Shown here: positions 39,245-52,420 of the stretch, in pieces | Layout of the letters: every line of letters starts with the position of its first letter | Numbering within the stretch: position 1 is the stretch's first letter | Source of the DNA: Stegostoma tigrinum | Lineage: Eukaryota | Direction of reading: 5' to 3' | DNA length: 64,000 nt | Assembly: GCF_030684315.1 (NCBI RefSeq) | Contig: NC_081354.1 | Span: 55,332,259-55,396,258, forward strand | Program-made: the position numbers and the translations under genes | The notes under the pieces: model-generated | Told to the model about the DNA's origin: nothing | The model's input: the letters and a program-made list of their open reading frames with translations, nothing else | The model's database searches: none

Positions 39245-42200
39245 TAAGGGAGCATCAGGATTGGCAGCTTAACATTCCAGGATACAGATGTTTCAGTTGG
39301 CATAGAGGGCGATGTAAAAGGGATTGCATGAGTTAAGGAGAATATCACAGCTGCACTGCAGGCAGACACCTCAAATGGCTCATACAGCTAGGCAATATGG
39401 GTAGAGCTCAGAAACAGGATGGATGCAATCACAATATTTGGGGTTAACGACAAGCCTCCCAACTGCTAGCATGAGATAGAACAACAGATATGTAGGTAGA
39501 CTTTGGCAAGATGTAGAAGTAACAGGGTTGTTGTCATAGGTGACTTTAACTTCCCACATATTGACTGGGACTCGGTGTTTGGGGCGCCAGAGCACACCAA
39601 GTACACCCTTCAGCCCACGATGTTGTGCTAACCTATTATTCTAAGATCAATCTACCCTGTATACCCTACATTGTACTATCCTCCAAGTGCCTATCCAAGA
39701 GTCGCTTAAAAGTCTCTAAAGTATCTGACTCCACTACCACTGCTGGCAGCATATTCCACATGCCCACCACTCTGTGTGAAGAACCTACCACTGACATCTT
39801 CCCTATATCTTCCTCCAATCATCTTAAAATTATGCCCCCTCGTGATAGTCATTTCCACCCTGGGAAAAAGTCTCTGACTATCCACACCTCATCATCTTGT
39901 ACACCTCTATCAAGCCAACTCTCATCCTTCTTCACTCCAACGAAAAAAAAGCCCTCATTCCCTCAACCTTTCCTTATAAGGAACTGCCCTTCAGTCCAGG
40001 CAGCATCCTGGTAACTCTCCTTTGTACTCTCTCTAAAGCTTCCACATTTTTCCTATAATGAGGTGACCAGGCCTGAACACAATATTCCAAGTGTGGTCTA
40101 ACCAGAGTTTTATAGAGCTGCAGCATAACCTCACAGCTCTTAAACTCAATTCTCCTGCCAATGAAAGCCAACACCCCATATACCTTCTTTACAGCCCTAT
40201 CTTGGGTAGCAAATTTGAGGGATCTATGGATCTGGAACCCAAGGTTCCTCTGTTCCTCCACATTGCTGAGAATCTGCTAGCTGGGCAGAGTTTGCAAGGA
40301 GCATCCAGGAGGGCTTCTTGAAACAATATATGTGGATAGTCCAACGAGGAGAGTGGCCACACTGGATTGGGTAATGAGCCTGGCCAGGTGGTCAACCTCT
40401 CAGTAGGGGAGCAGCTCAGGAACAGTGATCACAATTCAGTAAGCTTTAAAAGGTAATGATGGATAAAAGATAAGTGTGGCTGTCAGGAGAAGGTACTAAA
40501 TTGGGGGAAGGTAATTACTACAATATTAGGCATGAACTGAAGAACGTAGATTGGAGACAGATGTTTGAGGGCAAATCAACATATGGTATGTGGGAGGATT
40601 CTAAGTGTAAGTTGCTGAGAACTAAGGCACATTCCTGTAAAGATGAAGTATAAATATGGAGAGTTTAGGGAACCTTGGATAATGAGAGATATTGCAAACC
40701 CTGGTCAGAAAGAAAAAAAAATTGTCAAGGCCAGGACACTGAGAACACACGAAGCAAGGGTGGAATACAAGGAAGTCGAAAGATACTTAAGCAAAGGAGT
40801 CAGGAGGGCTTAAAAAGGTCACAAAAAGTCATTGGCCAACAGGATTATAAAAAGCCTAGGAATTTTTCTTACTTATATAAAAAGCAAGAGGGTAGCAAGG
40901 GAGAGGATTAGCCCACTCAAGGACAGGGAAGGGAATGTGTGTGGAGTCAGAAGAAATGGGTGAGGTATTAAATGAATACTTTGCATCAGAATTCACTGGG
41001 TGAAGGGAAGGACTTGCTGTGTGATGAGTCTGGGAATGGTATGTCAATAGTTTGGGTCATGTTGAAATCAAAAGGAAGGAGGCATTAAGGGTCCTGAGAA
41101 ATATTAAAGTAGACAAGTCCCCAGGGCCTCTTACCCCAGAATACAGAGGGGCAAGGGCGGAAATTGTTGGGGCCTTGAGAGAAATCTTTATGTCCTGAAT
41201 TGCTACAGGGGAGATCCCAGAGGATTGGAGATGGATGATCCAGCTAATTGCAAACCATTGAGCCTTACATCAGTGGTAGGGAAATTATTGGGAAGGATTT
41301 TTCAAGACAGAATTTATTCCCACTTGAAATAAGTGGGTGTATTAGCAACGGGCAATATAGTTTTGTGAAAGGGAGTTAGTATCTCACTAACTGGATTGAG
41401 TTTTTTGGGGATAGTGACAACGATGATTGATGAGGATAGGGCAGTGGATGTTGTCTACACAGACTTCAGTAAGGCCTTTGACAAGGTCCCTCATGGCAGG
41501 CTGATATAGAAGGTAAAGTCCCATGGGATCAGAGGTGAGCTTGCAAAGATGGATTTAAAACAAAAAACTGGCTCGGTCACAGTAGACAGAGGGTAGCAGT
41601 AAATGGAGGGCTGTGACTAGTGGCGTTCCTCAGGGATCAATGTTGGGACTGTAGTAAGATTTGGACGAAAATGTAACTGGTTTGATTAGTAAGTTTGCAG
41701 ATGACACAATGGTTGTGGAACTGCAGATATGGATGAGGACCAGAGGATTTAGCAAGATATAGATGGCAGTTGAAGTTTAATCCAGAAAAGTGTGAACTAA
41801 TACATTTTGGAAAGTCTAATCCAGATAGAAAATATACGGTAAATGGCAGAACCCTTAAGAGTACTGTTAGGCAGAGGGATCTGGGCGTACAGGTATACAG
41901 GTCACTGAAAGTGACTGCTAAAGGTGGAGAAGATAGTCAACAAGGCATATGGCATGCTTGCCTTCATTGGCTGGGGTATTGAGTTTAAAATTGGCAAGTA
42001 ATATTGCAGCTTTACAGAAGCTTATTTAGGCCACATTTGGAATATTGTTTAATTCTAGTCATCACACTACCAGAAGGATGTGGTGGCTTTGGTTTACCAG
42101 GATGTTGCCTGGTATGGAGGACATTAGCTATGAGGAGAGGTTGGAGAAACTTGGCGTGCTCTCACTGGCAAAACAGAGATTGAGAAGTAATCTGATAGAG

Positions 42201-42595
42201 GTTTACAAGATTATGAAGGGCATGGACAGAGGTTACAAAGTTATGAAGGGCATGGACAGAGCGGACAGTCAGAAGTTGTCCCCAGGGTAGAAGAGGGAGT
42301 TACAAGGGGGCATAAGTTTAAAGGTGCAAGTTTTAAAAGTGATGTAGGAGGCAAATTTTTTTTTTAAAAAAACAAAGAGTGGTGGGTGCCTGGAAATCAC
42401 AGCCAGGGGAGGTAGTGGAAGCAGATACCATTAGGTGACTTTTAAAGGGCGTCTTGACAAATACATGACTAGGATGGGAATAAAGGGATACGGTCCCCTG
42501 AAGGATAGGGGGTATGAGCTGTAACGGGCAGCACGTTGATGCAGGCTTTGAGGGCCAAAGGACTTGTTCCCGTGCCTTAAATTTTCTTTGTTCTT
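39245..42595 (+). mobile_element. Long degraded CR1 ORF2 (APE-RT) with a nested - strand CR1 3' fragment at about 39590-40275
   Basis: GDFNFP, SDHN, KSPGP, DFSKAFDKVPH and KFADDT remnants; nested ORF 39974..40261 has LYKTLVRPHLEYC. Confidence 0.9.
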
Positions 42596-43749
42596 CATTC
42601 TAATGCTGCTTTGTCTGGCGGGTATGGCCATTCTCTAGTGTCACAAAACAGTGTCAATAGAAGGATTTAAGGTAACAATCTAAAAGGTGATAACTACAGG
42701 AATGCTCTAGTTTAAGATTATGAGATAGATTTTGCAGACATCAAAAAATATAATTTTAACTTCAACAAATGGGATGTTAAAATAAATGACCTGCTGTACA
42801 AGTTAGCCCACCTTCAAATATATACAGTAAGAAAAAGCAATTTGAGTGGTAAACCTAAAGTACTTTACAAGATTTGACATTGCATGCATCTTTATTGCAA
42901 ATAAGCAGATACAAAACCACTTTGAGGTATCCCATTACGTTAGATGCTGACCTCTTCTTTTTAATATTGAAGAAAGAAAACGGCTCATAACCAGGCCAAC
43001 AGGGTCAAGCCCATGCAGGGCGAGATGTGGACTGGTGAATACAAGGCTCCTCATGCCTCATGAGGGGAAAAAAAGACATCTGGAATGCAATTGGAGAAGG
43101 ATGGATGTGGGAATGAAGGAATCTCAAAAGCACAATCAACTGATTAAAAGCCTCATTGTGCTGTTCTCCTCAGCTATCTCATTACCACCAACACCAACTC
43201 ATCATAAATCTTCACGAGTCTTTATCCCTTACACAACTAATTCCCTCTCTGCTCTTGTACAGGCACTAGCAGCATCCAAGAAACCTCCACCCTAAGAACA
43301 GGCCAACCCTGGAGACTCTGCAACCCTGGAGACAGGTGCACAATTCTGTGGGCACATCACTGACACATCTGGTTGAGGAAGAAATACACCAAGTTTCTGA
43401 CACTCAGAGGACCTCCAGAGACAGGCACCTACTCATCCCCAGGCAGAAGCTGACCTCTCAGTCTCAGAAAATAACTTTTTAAAAATACTCAGACTGAGAG
43501 AGAATCAGCAGGCAGGTTTGTCAGAGGCAGTAAGTAGACTGGAGCAAGGGATGGAGGAATTACTGAACATCGAGTGCTGAGAGGAACGCCAGCAAGCCCA
43601 CAGGGTATGCGAGAGGGTGCGCGTGCGTGCACAGCATGGACTGTCAGGTCAGCATATTCAGTGTCTGCTGGATGTGTGCATGGGCCTGCAGTCCACTGCC
43701 TGGAGCCCTTATGTCAAGGCAAGAGGTGGGTTAGCTTCAGAAATGGTAA

Positions 43750-44240
43750 TGACAGTGAACATCAAGGGTTGATGGATAGATTCTCTTTTGAAAGAGCTGA
43801 TCATTGTAAATTGTTTGGCATGAAGAGGTTACTTGCCACTTATCAAACCAAATCTGAACTTTGTCCAGATCTTGCCGAATACAGACACCAACAGCTTCAG
43901 CATGAGAGGTGTCACATTTAACGCTGAAAGTTGTTTGCTGATGTTTGCACATCTTCGCTTCAGACTATCATTGAGGGAACATCATTGATGAATGCAGTTG
44001 AAGGAGGTCAGGCCTAGGACACAGCCAGAAGGAACTCCTGCAGGGATACCAGAGTTGAGATAATTCACCTCCACCATCTTTTTTGGTTTGGCATGATTTC
44101 AACCAAGAGAGAGATTTCCCCCAAATTCCCACTGACTTCAGGTTTTTGATGTCACACTCTACAGGTTTACATCAAGGGCAGTCAGTGACATCTCACCTCC
44201 AGTTCAGCCTTTATGTCCACGTTTGGACAAAGGCTGTATT
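43750..44240 (-). mobile_element. LINE RT fragment (second CR1/L2-clade family)
   Basis: - strand LDV..., GVPSG.VLG, AVG...RQDLDKVQIWFDKWQV remnants. Confidence 0.7.
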
Positions 44241-44606
44241 ACACTGGGATTTATAATTAAAATGTAACTGATTTCAGAAATAAGTCCATAAAACCCTGCA
44301 TATCTTTGTTGTGATCCAACGGTCAACTTTCTGTTGTGTGCTCTGTAATCCAAAATCTAAGAGAGAGTGAGATCTGGTCTCAACGCAGACTTCAGTTTCC
44401 CTAAAGCTTGGCTCTGGCCAACTTAGTTCTAATGTTAATCTAAAATTGTCCCCAAAAATAGTGCACTCTGCCCCAAGAATTAAAGTCTAGCTCCCTGAGT
44501 TAAGGGAAATCTCCAACGTAATTCAAAAGCCAAGATAAATTTGGACATTTCATCTATTCCACTAGGCTGGTTAAAGAATAAAATAGATACAGAAAACTTG
44601 ACTTAC

Positions 44607-44757
44607 CAAGGGTCACACTGAGTGCCAGAGCAGTTTGAGCATAATCTAGTGCTTCAGAATATGTCTTCACATGCAGCAGCAGTTCTGTCAGCTTGTTACA
44701 GAGCCTGAGCTCCACTTTTGCATTTTCAACTTTGACAGCAAGAGGAAGCGCTCGATC
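44607..44757 (-). CDS. SH3TC1: SH3TC1 exon
   Basis: 151 bp, cacag/gtaagt; DRALPLAVKVENAKVELRLCNKLTELLLHVKTYSEALDYAQTALALSVTL; absent from the ORF track and read manually. Confidence 0.92.
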
Positions 44758-45282
44758 CTGTGAACATACACATTAAATCTGACAATTCACTAAGTGAATT
44801 GCAGCTCCATTTGATATGATGACTTTACAGTATAACAGGCAATATTCAATAAAATACCCGCTATACTTTATCCATGTAGGTCACAGAACATTGAAACCTT
44901 TGTTCCTTGAATCCCCTTGTAACCGTAGTATCTTTTTAAACTTTTTAAAATGACCCATTCTCTAGTTCTTCAGTCTAGAGATCAAGACATATTGGGAAAA
45001 GTCTAATTCTAACTACGTAAAACATTGGTTCAGTCTCAACTAGAGTATTACAAGCACTTCTCAGTCTCATACTTTAGGAATTGTTACAATACCATAGAAG
45101 AACAATAACCTCCAAGATCAGCTTTACTCAATGAAATTCTATAGCAACAGTCGTCAAAACAGTATCCATGTGCAGAATCCTCTCAGTTTTGCCCATAGGT
45201 CTTCAGTCTCGTCAGTGGTAGAGGCAAGTACAATCACACCATTTAAAAAGACATTTGGACATGTACGTGGTTAGGACTGACA

Positions 45283-47230
45283 CTGGCAGAAGCCAAATTA
45301 TTGGGGCGTAAGTTATTACTGAGCAAGTGCCACTTGACAGCACTCTTGATGGCCCTTCCCATCACTTTGCTGATGATTTGAGAATCGACTGATGGCGTGG
45401 TAATTAGCCAGGTTTCATATACACAGGGCTCATCTAGGCATTTTTGTATGTTTGGGAAGATGTAACTGTACTGGAACAGCTTGGCTAAGAGAGCAGCAAA
45501 TTCTGGAGCACAAATCTTCAGTACTGTTCAAGGAGACTTGTCAGGGACCATTGCCTTTGCAGTTTCCAAGGCCTCAAACCATTCCTTGATATCATGTAGA
45601 GTGAATGGAATTGATGGAAGACTAGCATTTGTGATACTGAGGATCTTAGGAGGCTGAGGTACCTTGTTAGATGTCCTCCAACCTTAAACCTACATCAGAC
45701 CCTTGGTCAGCCTTCCAGGTCATAGAGCATGGAAACACCCTTAGGCCCAAACCATCCGTGCCAGCTAGCAAAGTGATGGGAAGGGTCAAGAGCGCTATCA
45801 GGTGGCACTTGCTCAGTAATAACTTACGCCCCAATAATTTGGCTTATGCTAGCATCAGTCCTCACCTCATCAAGACCTTGGTCCAAACATGGATCAAAGA
45901 GTTAAATTCCAGAAGTGACATGAGTGTGACTCTTAAGATCAAGGTCTTACTTGACCAAATGTGGTATCCAGGAACTCAGGCAAAACTGGGATCATTGAGA
46001 ATTGGGGGATAACTCTCAGCTGGTTTGAGTTATACCCAGCACAAAGACAGATAGCTTGTTGGGGGTCTGTCATCTCAGCTGCGGGGCATCACTGCAGCAG
46101 TTCTTGAGTGTCATGCCTCAGACGCCAACACTCTCAGACTTGCTTCATTAATAACATTGCTTCCATCAGAAGGTCAGAAGGTGAGAAATTTCACTGATAA
46201 TTGCACCATGCGCAAGACCATTCACAACTCCTCAAATACAGAATCAGTCTGTGCCCATTAAAGAAAGAAAGACCTGGACAATATGCAGACTTACACAGAT
46301 GGCACAAATGTTTCTTGCCATTTATCAAAGTGCCAGGCAATGACCACCTCTATCAAGAGAGAATTAAAACATGTCCCTTGGCATTCAATGGCTTTGATAT
46401 TGCTAAATCCCCCATATTATCAACATTCTGAGAGCTTACTGTTGACCAAAAGCTAATGTACAATTTAAATACTGTGGCTACATGAGCGGGGTAGATGGCA
46501 TATAGTGGTAATATCCATGGGTTAGTAAGTCAGAGGCCCAGGCTAATGCTTTGGGGACACAGGTTCAAAAATCAATAAATTTAAAACACAATACATTAAT
46601 TTGGAATTGAAAACTCATCTTAGCAATGCTGGGTATAACAACCGATTGTCATAAGTACATCTCATTCCTTAATATCCTTTATGGAAAAAAGCTGTCAGCC
46701 CTAGCCAGTCTGGCTTTAGATCCATAAGAAGGTGCCTTGAGGAATGTTAAAGAACTGAAAAAAATAAAAAGGTCAAACAAAACCTGTCCACAACAAACAA
46801 GACATGTCAGAAGTTCAATGGACTTCTCTAAATTCACCTGAACGAATACAGCTTGAGGAACACTCAAGAAACTCAAAACCATCCAGGATAAAGCAGCCCA
46901 CATTATTTGCATAACTGCTACACAGTAAGAGCAGCTTGTGCTGTCTACAGTATGCAATGCAGCAACTCCTCAGCACTCCTACAACAGTAACTTGCAAGAC
47001 CATGAGCACTATCACTTAGATGGAGGGTACAGGGCATAGTGTTTTCATGCATTCCTTGCCTATGTCTATGTTGCACGCCATCCCAACTTGGAAATACCTT
47101 TCGGATCCTTCCCTGTTTCTGGGACTCCCTTCCTAACAGCACTGTGGATGTAACTGCACTATATAGAATGCAATAGTTCAAGAAGGCTGCTCACCACTGT
47201 CTACTCCAGGGCAGTTAGGGATGAGGGCAG
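45283..47230 (+). mobile_element. LINE (second family) with inverted 5' segment and a nested SINE (about 46490-46730)
   Basis: - strand segment 45283-45660 and + strand segment 45767-47230 (SKVMG, LVQTWIKELN); nested gtggtaat...ggttcaaa SINE head. Confidence 0.75.
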
Positions 47231-47267
47231 AAAAGTGTGAAGTAAAAAGACAGTAAGCTATAAATGG

Positions 47268-47494
47268 TAATAAAATGTGAGGCTGGATGAACACAGCAGG
47301 CCAAGCAGCATCTCAGGAGCACAAAAGCTGACGTTTCGGGCCTAGACCCTTCATCAGAGAGCTCTCTGATGAAGGGTCTAGGCCCGAAACGTCAGCTTTT
47401 GTGCTCCTGAGATGCTGCTTGGCCTGCTGTGTTCATCCAGCCTCACATTTTATTATCTTGGAATCTCCAGCATCTGCAGTTCCCATTATCTCTG
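47268..47494. mobile_element. Penelope-derived fold-back element: perfect 188-bp palindrome plus 39-nt tail
   Basis: Arms 47268-47361 / 47362-47455 are exactly complementary; 16-bp TSD aagctataaatggtaa (47255-47270, 47495-47510). Confidence 0.95.
47366..47393 (+). ncRNA. Minimal hammerhead ribozyme motif (mirror copy on the - strand at 47330-47357; identical + copy at 25767-25794)
   Basis: CUGAUGA core, stem II GGGU-CUAG-GCCC, GAAA, palindromic ACGU helix III and a GUC cleavage triplet; helix I only about 2 bp. Confidence 0.7.
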
Positions 47495-49676
47495 AAGCTA
47501 TAAATGGTAACATCTTGAGAAGTGCAGATGAGCAGAAGGATTATGGCATCCACATGCCGAAGCCCTCAAAAGGTGGCAAAGGGTGACCTGGGCTTTTCAA
47601 ATAGAAGCTAGAACTTTATACATCACTTCAACTTCTTTTAAACATTCTGGGCTCCAAACTTCAAAAGGGATATAAAGAAAAGAATACCAGGGATGAATGA
47701 TTTATCTCATCAGGAGTTATTGGAAAAATCAGGACTGTTTTTCTTCAAACAAACAGAAGTTTAAGAGATGATTCAATAGAGTAGTTTATGTTATTGTAAT
47801 ATTTCACTGGAATATGGATCAACAAGAGACCATAGATTTAAAAGCATGCTGAAAAATATCTGGAGAAAGAATTTAGAAGTTTGTTTTTCCCATTCAGTTG
47901 TTGGGATCAACAATACTATACTTGGAAAGGAAGTGGGAACTGTTTCATAAACAATTTTGAAGCATAGTTGACAGATGCTGGAAGATAAGGAGTTTCTTGG
48001 GCGATAAACAAACAGCATGAGGATAGGATTAAGAATGACTGTTCTTTTAAAGAATGAGCACAATAACAAGATTTTTTTTATTCTAAATGCCTTTTAATTC
48101 AGAAGGATGGACAACAGCCTTTATAGGCACAGACTCAAGTGTGCATGTAACTATACTGTATATAAATATACAAGTACAGGTACAAAATACTGCAGGGTGC
48201 ATAATAAGGTAGAAAATAATGTAAATTCACATCATATCAGAAAAATGCAACTTTTATCACAAGGCATTGCAGTTTATAAAAAGCTACGAAATAAATACTT
48301 CTGTGCAGACAAGCATTTTCTCTGCAGTACAAACAGTTCTTCAATACTTGTGGATTTTTCAGATGATTTGTTATAGAACCCAAGTCCATAAGCAAACATG
48401 CTTGCACAGAGGAGATAAGGTAAATCAAAGAGTAATTGTTTAGTGATGCCATGATTTAAAATCCTACAAAAATTGTCGTATGGAAAAAAAACAAGGAAAT
48501 AAAAAAAGTTTGAAGTTTTGAGCTGCGGGAAGATTAATATTAAGAATAGGAATAGATCACTCAGACTCAAGTCTGTCTGCCATTCAAGTAGCTCACGGTT
48601 GGTAGGTACTGCACCTTCATTGACACAACTTAGCTCCATTTCATAAATACAGAGCAATCAGTCTTTACATAAATCAATTTCTTTTTGTATTTTATGAAAA
48701 AAGCTTCCTACAGAAGTTCTCAAAATGTATGACAAAGCAGGCATTCCTGAGATTACTGTATCTACCAACATAATAGCACCTTCATAAATATGAATATAGG
48801 ATATCTCATCTCAACTCCTTCTTTAAAAAATATCCAAAATCAGGTAAACACCCATACCAACTTGCTACCACAAGTATACTGGTGTGGGAATCCTATCTCA
48901 AAGTCCAGAGCCAGGGGAGTTTGAGGTGATAGTTAGAGAGAGCGACCTTCACTTGTAGTAACAGAGTAAGTGATCTGTACTCCGTCCCAGCCAGTGCAGT
49001 GTTGCACTGTTTCAATGGGGGGGTTGCAGGTCACGGACAGACCTGGAGGGGGGAAAAAAAAAAGCAAAATACTGCGAATGCTGGAAATCTATAAAAACCC
49101 CCAGAAGATGACAGGAATAAAATCAGCAGGTCTGGCCACATCAATGGATGGAAAGAATTGGTTGCTGCTTCTCTCTCCACAGGTGTCACCTGCCCAGTTG
49201 ACTATTTTCAACATTTTCTGGTTTTAATTCCATGGCATTTTAAAAAAAATTCCTTAGTGAAATAAACAGTACTTTTTTGCAAAGTAACCAGTCACTTCTA
49301 CGATTGGTTATTTTTCTCTCAGGAAGTTCTAGGGCTTTAAGTAGACCATAAAGAAACTCTGGCCAGTGGACGGTTTTTTGGTCAACATCATAGTTTCGAT
49401 ATTCCGCAAGAATTCTCTCTCAGACATGCCCCATAATCATCATATGCTGGAATAAACACTTGCCAATGGACTTTCTCCAACTGAAATTTGAAATCTGATA
49501 AAATTGATCTCAGAACATTCCACCCAAATTTTGGTTCACCAAATAAGGAGGCCTGATCCCGTGTTTTTGGAATCACAGGACCGCACTAAAATTGATCATG
49601 TTATATATAAATTTGATTTCCAGAAGAGCAAAGTATAAGATGAATGAAGTCTTACAGTACAAGAGAACGTACTTAC

Positions 49677-49799
49677 TCTAAAGAATGATATAGCTTTCTC
49701 TCTGTCCCCAGGCCCATCAAAAAACACATTTCCAGCTGCTTCAAAAATTTCCAGTGCGAAGTCCAAATTTTCAGTACTCACTGCAGCATCTTGAGCAAC
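49677..49799 (-). CDS. SH3TC1: SH3TC1 exon
   Basis: 123 bp phase 0-0, ttaag/gtaagt; VAQDAAVSTENLDFALEIFEAAGNVFFDGPGDREKAISFFR. Confidence 0.92.
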
Positions 49800-51473
49800 C
49801 TTAATTTTTGTAATACAAAATATTTGCATAAATCAGCATTATCACGTTGCAAATCTTCTTACAGCCCAACTATATCCTGAACAGGTTGACATTTGTTCAA
49901 TACTGTACTGAACTGTGAGAAAGTTAAATGACTCAAATATATGATCTGAGATGATACTCTGCAGGGCTCTCCCAGTCTTATCTAACATCTAAAATATGTG
50001 CATTTTCCAGCAAGGATCGCTGAATCATTGTTCCATGACATTACTTCCTGAGTAGAGTGGAGTAAAATCTAAAGCATCTCTCATTTGTATGATCCCATAA
50101 CACATTGGATGCTGCATTTACTCATCAGCCGATTAAAGAAGCTGGTCCTATCTTTTTTGTATGTCCTAAACAAAATCAGGAACCCTGATGTTCATTCGAT
50201 TCATCAACTCTGAAAGTTAGATGGTTATATTTCCCCATGGCCATGCTAATTTTTCTCCTTAATGTGTGGTAACTATCTTCCTTTTGAAAGTTATTAAACG
50301 TGCTTCTGATACATTAAAACAAGTGTACTGCAACTATAAGTTAACAGCTTCCAAAAAAATTCACCCTTTCTTGCCTCTAGATATTTTATCATTTACTTTA
50401 AAGACATGTCTTTATTTAATGACTACCATCCTTATCAACTCTATCAAATAGATCATTTGCAATACCTTAATCATCTTTTAAGCAGGGAGAACAGCCTTAG
50501 CCAAATTTGCTAAATTGTGTTAGGTTAATGGTGCTAAATGAATGATAAAACGCTGGTCATGTCTAAAGAGGAAATTCCTTGGCTCTTCTTTGAAAGAATG
50601 CCATAAGATACTTTATATCCCCTTAAAGGAGTCAACCTGCCTGGTTTAAATTTAAATTATAATGTGGCAATTAACTGTCAGTCATCATCACCTGGTACAT
50701 TTGCTACTACAATTTCTCTACCAGCATGCACTCGTCAACTGATCAGCATGGTCTTTTCATTATTAAAAAAAAGTCTTGGTCCCCTTTATAATTTGTCTTT
50801 CAGTGAATGCAATAGCCATTTATTTGTTATGATGGTAGTACTGAAATGTTGAATAGAAAATGAATTAATAAGAGGTATTCCTTTATTCCAATACTTATGA
50901 CAAAAAGGAGTAATGATGGCACTAAAATGATGTACATCAGTGAAACTGCTCTGATCAATGACTTTCAGCTGCTAAGCTGAGGTCCATACTCCAATAATCA
51001 AAAGCCGTAAATTGAGGTTATGATAATTGATTTTAGCATTCTCTTTGATCTTGCACAAAAGTACAGATAATGAAGCATCAAAAGGAGAAAAGATACCCTT
51101 AATACATCACCATGAATAAAAATGTAGACCACATTGCTGGTTGGTCTCTAAAACACAATTTCTCTCTGAATGGCAGAGATATAAATGCAAAGCCACATTT
51201 GTGATTAATTCGAAAGGGGATGCAGCTAGAAAAATGACCATTGAGCTGTTTCAGTGAGGAACAACTGCAAACCTGCAAAACAAAACATTTTTTAAAAAAA
51301 AGGAAAATATGGACTGGTGAGAGTTCTTGGTCTCATAATTTGGCAGACCTGAAAATAATGAATTATAAATATTTCATTTGGAGAAACGAGGAGTTTGTAC
51401 ATAAACTGTACATTTTGTGGTGGATTGTTGTGAAGAGGTAGTGCCCAGCACTTGATCACATTTACTAACATTA

Positions 51474-51737
<264 letters not shown>

Positions 51738-51964
51738 TTAGGTGGTATATCAAATTACCACATTGTCTGTTCAACACTGCATTATGGGACAATAAAAAGT
51801 GAACAATTCCTGATTGCAATGGTCATACATAAACTCCTTTTAATACAATCGCAAGACAATTCTAATAGGGCATTTCTGCAGTACAGAACTTTTCATAAAA
51901 TCAAAGCAAAATCATTTACAAAATTTTACACAAACTAAAAGAACATTCATGGTCAAGTTCACTT

Positions 51965-52065
51965 GGATTCTGAGATAACAGAGTGTGTGGCTAGATGAAC
52001 ACAGCAGGCCAAGCAGCATCAGAGGAGCAGGAAAGCTGACGTTTTGGGTCGGGACCCTTCTTCCA
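51965..52065 (-). mobile_element. Diverged single arm of the fold-back family
   Basis: gatgaacacagcaggccaagcagcatcagaggagcaggaaagctgacgttttgggtcgggacccttc; a related deleted copy lies at about 33105-33205 (+). Confidence 0.75.
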
Positions 52066-52102
52066 AATAGTAAAATTAGCAAGGTCTCCTTGAGGAGCAA
52101 AA

Positions 52103-52420
52103 ATACTCCTAGGACAAGCCAAACAGAAACATGCACGAGAATTCCTAGAAGCATGGCATTCCAACCGGAACTCCATCAACAAACACATTGGCTCCAAATC
52201 AATCTACCATCCCCTGAGAAAAAGAACAGGAAATGACATCACCAACCCAAGGAAACCTAAACAGATAAATAGAAAGCTGGACATAACACCAGCGCTTCGT
52301 CGGAGGCTCACTGATGTTACCTAGAATGGTGACGAAACGTCTGAAAACTAACCTTCCAGCTCAGCGAGCAAACTCACATCCAGAACCTCAACCTGAGCTA
52401 CAAATCTTCTCAAAACTCAC
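52103..52420 (+). mobile_element. Penelope-like element 3' end (GIY-YIG tail, degenerate hammerhead, terminal region)
   Basis: ILLGQAKQKHAREFLEAWHSNRNSINKHI from 52103; tca-CTGAT-gttacc-tagaat-ggtgac-GAAAC-GTC-tga at 52308-52344. Confidence 0.8.

Noticed and set aside
42198-42261. About 30-bp tandem duplication inside a CR1
   Set aside because: Ordinary slippage in a dead element
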